Shown here in pieces: positions 61,296 to 64,000 of a stretch of 64,000 bases of DNA. This DNA is from Lepidodermella squamata (Eukaryota; Animalia; Gastrotricha): positions 1,178,001-1,242,000 of the forward strand of contig JBLDXI010000034.1 in assembly GCA_047495785.1 (NCBI GenBank), read 5' to 3'. The translations under genes were made by a program, and so were the position numbers. The first letter of the stretch is position 1. Each line of letters starts with the position of its first letter. The notes under the pieces are model-generated. The model was not told the DNA's origin and did no database searches. It saw only the letters and a list, made by a program, of their open reading frames with translations.

Positions 61296-61843
61296 TTTGG
61301 TAGTTTTAGCTGACGGAAACGTGTTAGCTTATTTTACGGTGTGGTAGTGAATATGTACTTGAGCAAGCGTTAATTTATAGGCTCTCCAATGCTTATCAGG
61401 GTCATTTTGCCCAAAAAACAAACATGGTTCGAGAATTCAGATGCTAGTTCCCACCAGTCTACGGCGGAGGTCAGGCTATTTTTTCCGATTCTATGCTGTT
61501 TTTCAGCCGATATGAACACGTAATCAGCGGACTTTGGAATTGCACCTGTTCCGTGTTCAAACCACGAGACGAGCCAAACCAGTTTTTTCATGCTGTGAGG
61601 ATGGGGAAAATATATTTCGTGGAATGAAGTTTGAAAATGGGCTTTATTACATTAGCTCAATACTCAAAGAAACATAAAACCACATTGAATTGCCATTATT
61701 TACTTCACCGTCAATATAGGGGGAATGCGGAATAGCCGCTAGGCTACGTCGGTAGGGTGTTTGAAACGAAAAAAAGCGTTTCAGTCTTTATCTGGTCGTG
61801 AAATCACAGATTGTCAATATATATCAAAATAGGGTTGCAGTTT

Positions 61844-64000
61844 TTAGTCAGTTGTGTAAACTTCCCGCTGTTTACGAGCCAAGAACTTCTGGTCAAACAA
61901 GCTCGAGAACTGAGTCTTGGTCTTCTCGAGATGCTGATCCAATTTGGTCATCAAATGATCCATGCGTTCAGTGAACCGATCAACTTCATCCTCGTGCATA
62001 GCCGCGTCGATGTAGGCGAATCGCTTATCGACCGATAACGTCGACGCCCGTTTCGGTTTAAGGCCAATGAACATTTTGATCTTATCCATGATGAAGGCCA
62101 ACATTTCATGGTCATTACCTCGTTTCGACGCGTCGCTGCGAACATCCTCGTACGCGACCATGAGAATAGCAACGAAAGCGTTGACGAGGAAAATGTTGAC
62201 GAACAACGAGTAAAGGGTGAAGAAAACCGGCCCGACAAGCCAGTTGGAAGATTTGAGGCTCGGGAAATCGTAGACACCGAGCAGCATGCTGAAAAGCGAC
62301 TCGAGCGACGTGATGAACGTACTGTACGCCTCAACTTTCGTGCCAAAGGCTAGGTAACCCATTTGGCCGAACGCAAGATAAACGACAAAGAATACCACGA
62401 AGAAGGAGATCATCATGCCGCGCACCTGTTGCAGGGTGGTTAACATGATGACAAGTCGTCGGTTGAACCTTAGAAGTCGAATTATTTTCAAGTAGCCGAT
62501 GAAAACGATGAAAGCCATGAAGCAGGAGACCATGTCGTCGTATGTTACAAAGATGTTCATGTTGACGTAGCCGGTTTTTCGGGTCTTGGCAAAGTTATCG
62601 CCGACAACGAAACGGGACATCAAGTAACGCATGACGAACAACGCGGCGGCTACAATGCACATCAACAGATGCGTGAACTCGAGAACAGCCCACCAATCTT
62701 GCCAGTACTGGCGTTTGTACTTGATAGCCAGCTTAATCTCTCGGGCGAATAGGAACAGCGCAACTGCGAGGGTTAAGAATTGGAACCCGAGTAGTACCAG
62801 GGCGAAAACTCCGAAGTAAGGATCGATCTTTGTGATGTAGAACCTCGGGAAAAGCTGGACAGACCCGCCTGGGAAGAACTCGATAACAGTCTGGGAGATT
62901 GCGAAGATATTCCTGTTCGGGCAATAGAGGTTGAACTCGAGGAAAATCGCCCGGGTCAACGCATCTATCCACTTGCTAGCCTTCAAAAACTCGAGCTTTT
63001 CCAGGGCCCCGTCAACCTTCCTACCCAGATCTACGATGTAACCCCCGCCGTTGTAGGTCGCAAGAACTGCGTCGAAGGGTAAGCCACGATCTGCGACGTT
63101 TGACTTGTAGGCGAAACCTCGCGAATCTCCCATAGTGATGAAACGGCCCTTCGAATCTGTGGTGGTGTTGCTCAGAGGGGCTAATTCCCAGCCAGCTGTG
63201 AAATTGCGAGTTTCCTCGTTGAACATCGAATAACCGTCGTAGCAGCTCTGCGTGATTGTTTTCCGCATCTTCGCCGCTGTTCTGCAAACATCAGGCTTCA
63301 CACGCAACTGCCGAATTCGGACAGACCCGACCAGGAATAGCGTTTGATCTTTCGTGAAGAGATCAGTTGCCGAGTTCATCTTGCCGTTGTACCAAGTCTT
63401 GTCGAGTAGCGAAGGCACTAGAGTGCGCTCAAGGTACGAGAAGATGTTCTCAAACGACAAAATGTTGAAGAATTTCTCGTCATGCGGGTCGGTGATTACG
63501 TTGTAAGCCTTAACAGAGGCTGGGTCTGAGAGGTTGTAGGCAGGAGTTGCGAGAATCGAAGAGTGGTAAACATTCCTCGCCTGCTTCTGCAGCATCATTG
63601 AATAGTCATCATGTAGCGAGTAAGCAACCATCATCAAGAGGTACAAGAAGCAGATGCATTGCGCGATTTCCTTAATGATCATCCACATCTTCTTCTCCTT
63701 CATACGGACCTCCTTAGCCAGTTTAAGCTCTTCAGGATCTGGAGGTAAGAAGACGTAGTCACGCTGGTTGATCTCTCCCATGTTATTCTTCCGGGCTAGA
63801 CGTTCCTCCTCAGACATTGGTTGATGCATGAAGACCTCGTCATCCTTCAATGAAGCCATTTCCTCAACATCTTCGTCCTTAGTCGGGCTCTTGATGATAA
63901 GGGCGTAGAACAAAGCCAGGACGAGAATCTTAGCCGGTTGCATGAGCAAGATGTCGGTGAAAAGTGAGATGACCATCGCGACAAGCCACTCCTGAGCTTT
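61844..64000 (-). CDS. Polycystin-1-like (PKD1L/LOV-1 family) C-terminal channel region; 5' part outside the window
   Basis: Uninterrupted ORF of more than 710 aa: QPAKILVLA, PPDPEEL..A, GSVRIRQLRV, YNGGGY, WIDALTRAIFLEFNLY, LLRFNRRL, pore region LAFG...SLLGVYDF, GPVFF, coiled-coil tail. Confidence 0.92.
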   Translation of the reverse strand, partial: KAQEWLVAMVISLFTDILLMQPAKILVLALFYALIIKSPTKDEDVEEMASLKDDEVFMHQPMSEEERLARKNNMGEINQRDYVFLPPDPEELKLAKEVRMKEKKMWMIIKEIAQCICFLYLLMMVAYSLHDDYSMMLQKQARNVYHSSILATPAYNLSDPASVKAYNVITDPHDEKFFNILSFENIFSYLERTLVPSLLDKTWYNGKMNSATDLFTKDQTLFLVGSVRIRQLRVKPDVCRTAAKMRKTITQSCYDGYSMFNEETRNFTAGWELAPLSNTTTDSKGRFITMGDSRGFAYKSNVADRGLPFDAVLATYNGGGYIVDLGRKVDGALEKLEFLKASKWIDALTRAIFLEFNLYCPNRNIFAISQTVIEFFPGGSVQLFPRFYITKIDPYFGVFALVLLGFQFLTLAVALFLFAREIKLAIKYKRQYWQDWWAVLEFTHLLMCIVAAALFVMRYLMSRFVVGDNFAKTRKTGYVNMNIFVTYDDMVSCFMAFIVFIGYLKIIRLLRFNRRLVIMLTTLQQVRGMMISFFVVFFVVYLAFGQMGYLAFGTKVEAYSTFITSLESLFSMLLGVYDFPSLKSSNWLVGPVFFTLYSLFVNIFLVNAFVAILMVAYEDVRSDASKRGNDHEMLAFIMDKIKMFIGLKPKRASTLSVDKRFAYIDAAMHEDEVDRFTERMDHLMTKLDQHLEKTKTQFSSLFDQKFLARKQREVYTTD

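Noticed and set aside
3988-63287. Antisense and alternate-frame ORFs overlapping the RTK, ankyrin, Pellino, Gag and polycystin genes
   Set aside because: Shadow ORFs of real coding sequence with no independent motifs.

Overview
Eukaryotic DNA from an invertebrate animal with a compact genome (most introns about 50 bp, GT-AG); I cannot assign the taxon. Host genes: five divergent tetraspanin-like genes (one at the left edge plus a duplicated two-gene block), a 4xCUB-TM-tyrosine kinase receptor, a secreted protein with a dynein-light-chain-like fold, a NEK-like kinase/SAM-like/ankyrin gene tail-to-tail with a divergent Pellino E3 ligase, a birth-and-death array of intronless ankyrin-SOCS-box genes, a BTB relic, a non-alpha Cys-loop ion channel, a two-WAP secreted protein and the 3' part of a polycystin-1-like gene. 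The middle (about 12.7-56 kb) is rich in mobile DNA: hAT-type MITEs with 8-bp TSDs, foldbacks, three LINE remnants, a DINE-1/Helentron-like insert, a head-to-tail 940-bp dimer carrying tRNA-like units, a Gag-only retroelement with an 18-bp flanking duplication, and a Sola-like DNA transposon carrying a PB1-domain cargo ORF whose left half lies in a near-perfect 2.64-kb tandem duplication. Best leads: the putative innate-immune ubiquitin-signalling cluster (7.1-21.7 kb), the Gag-only element and its link to the duplication, the PB1 cargo gene, the CUB-RTK and the secreted DLC-like protein. All domain calls and exon models were made by eye; no searches were run.
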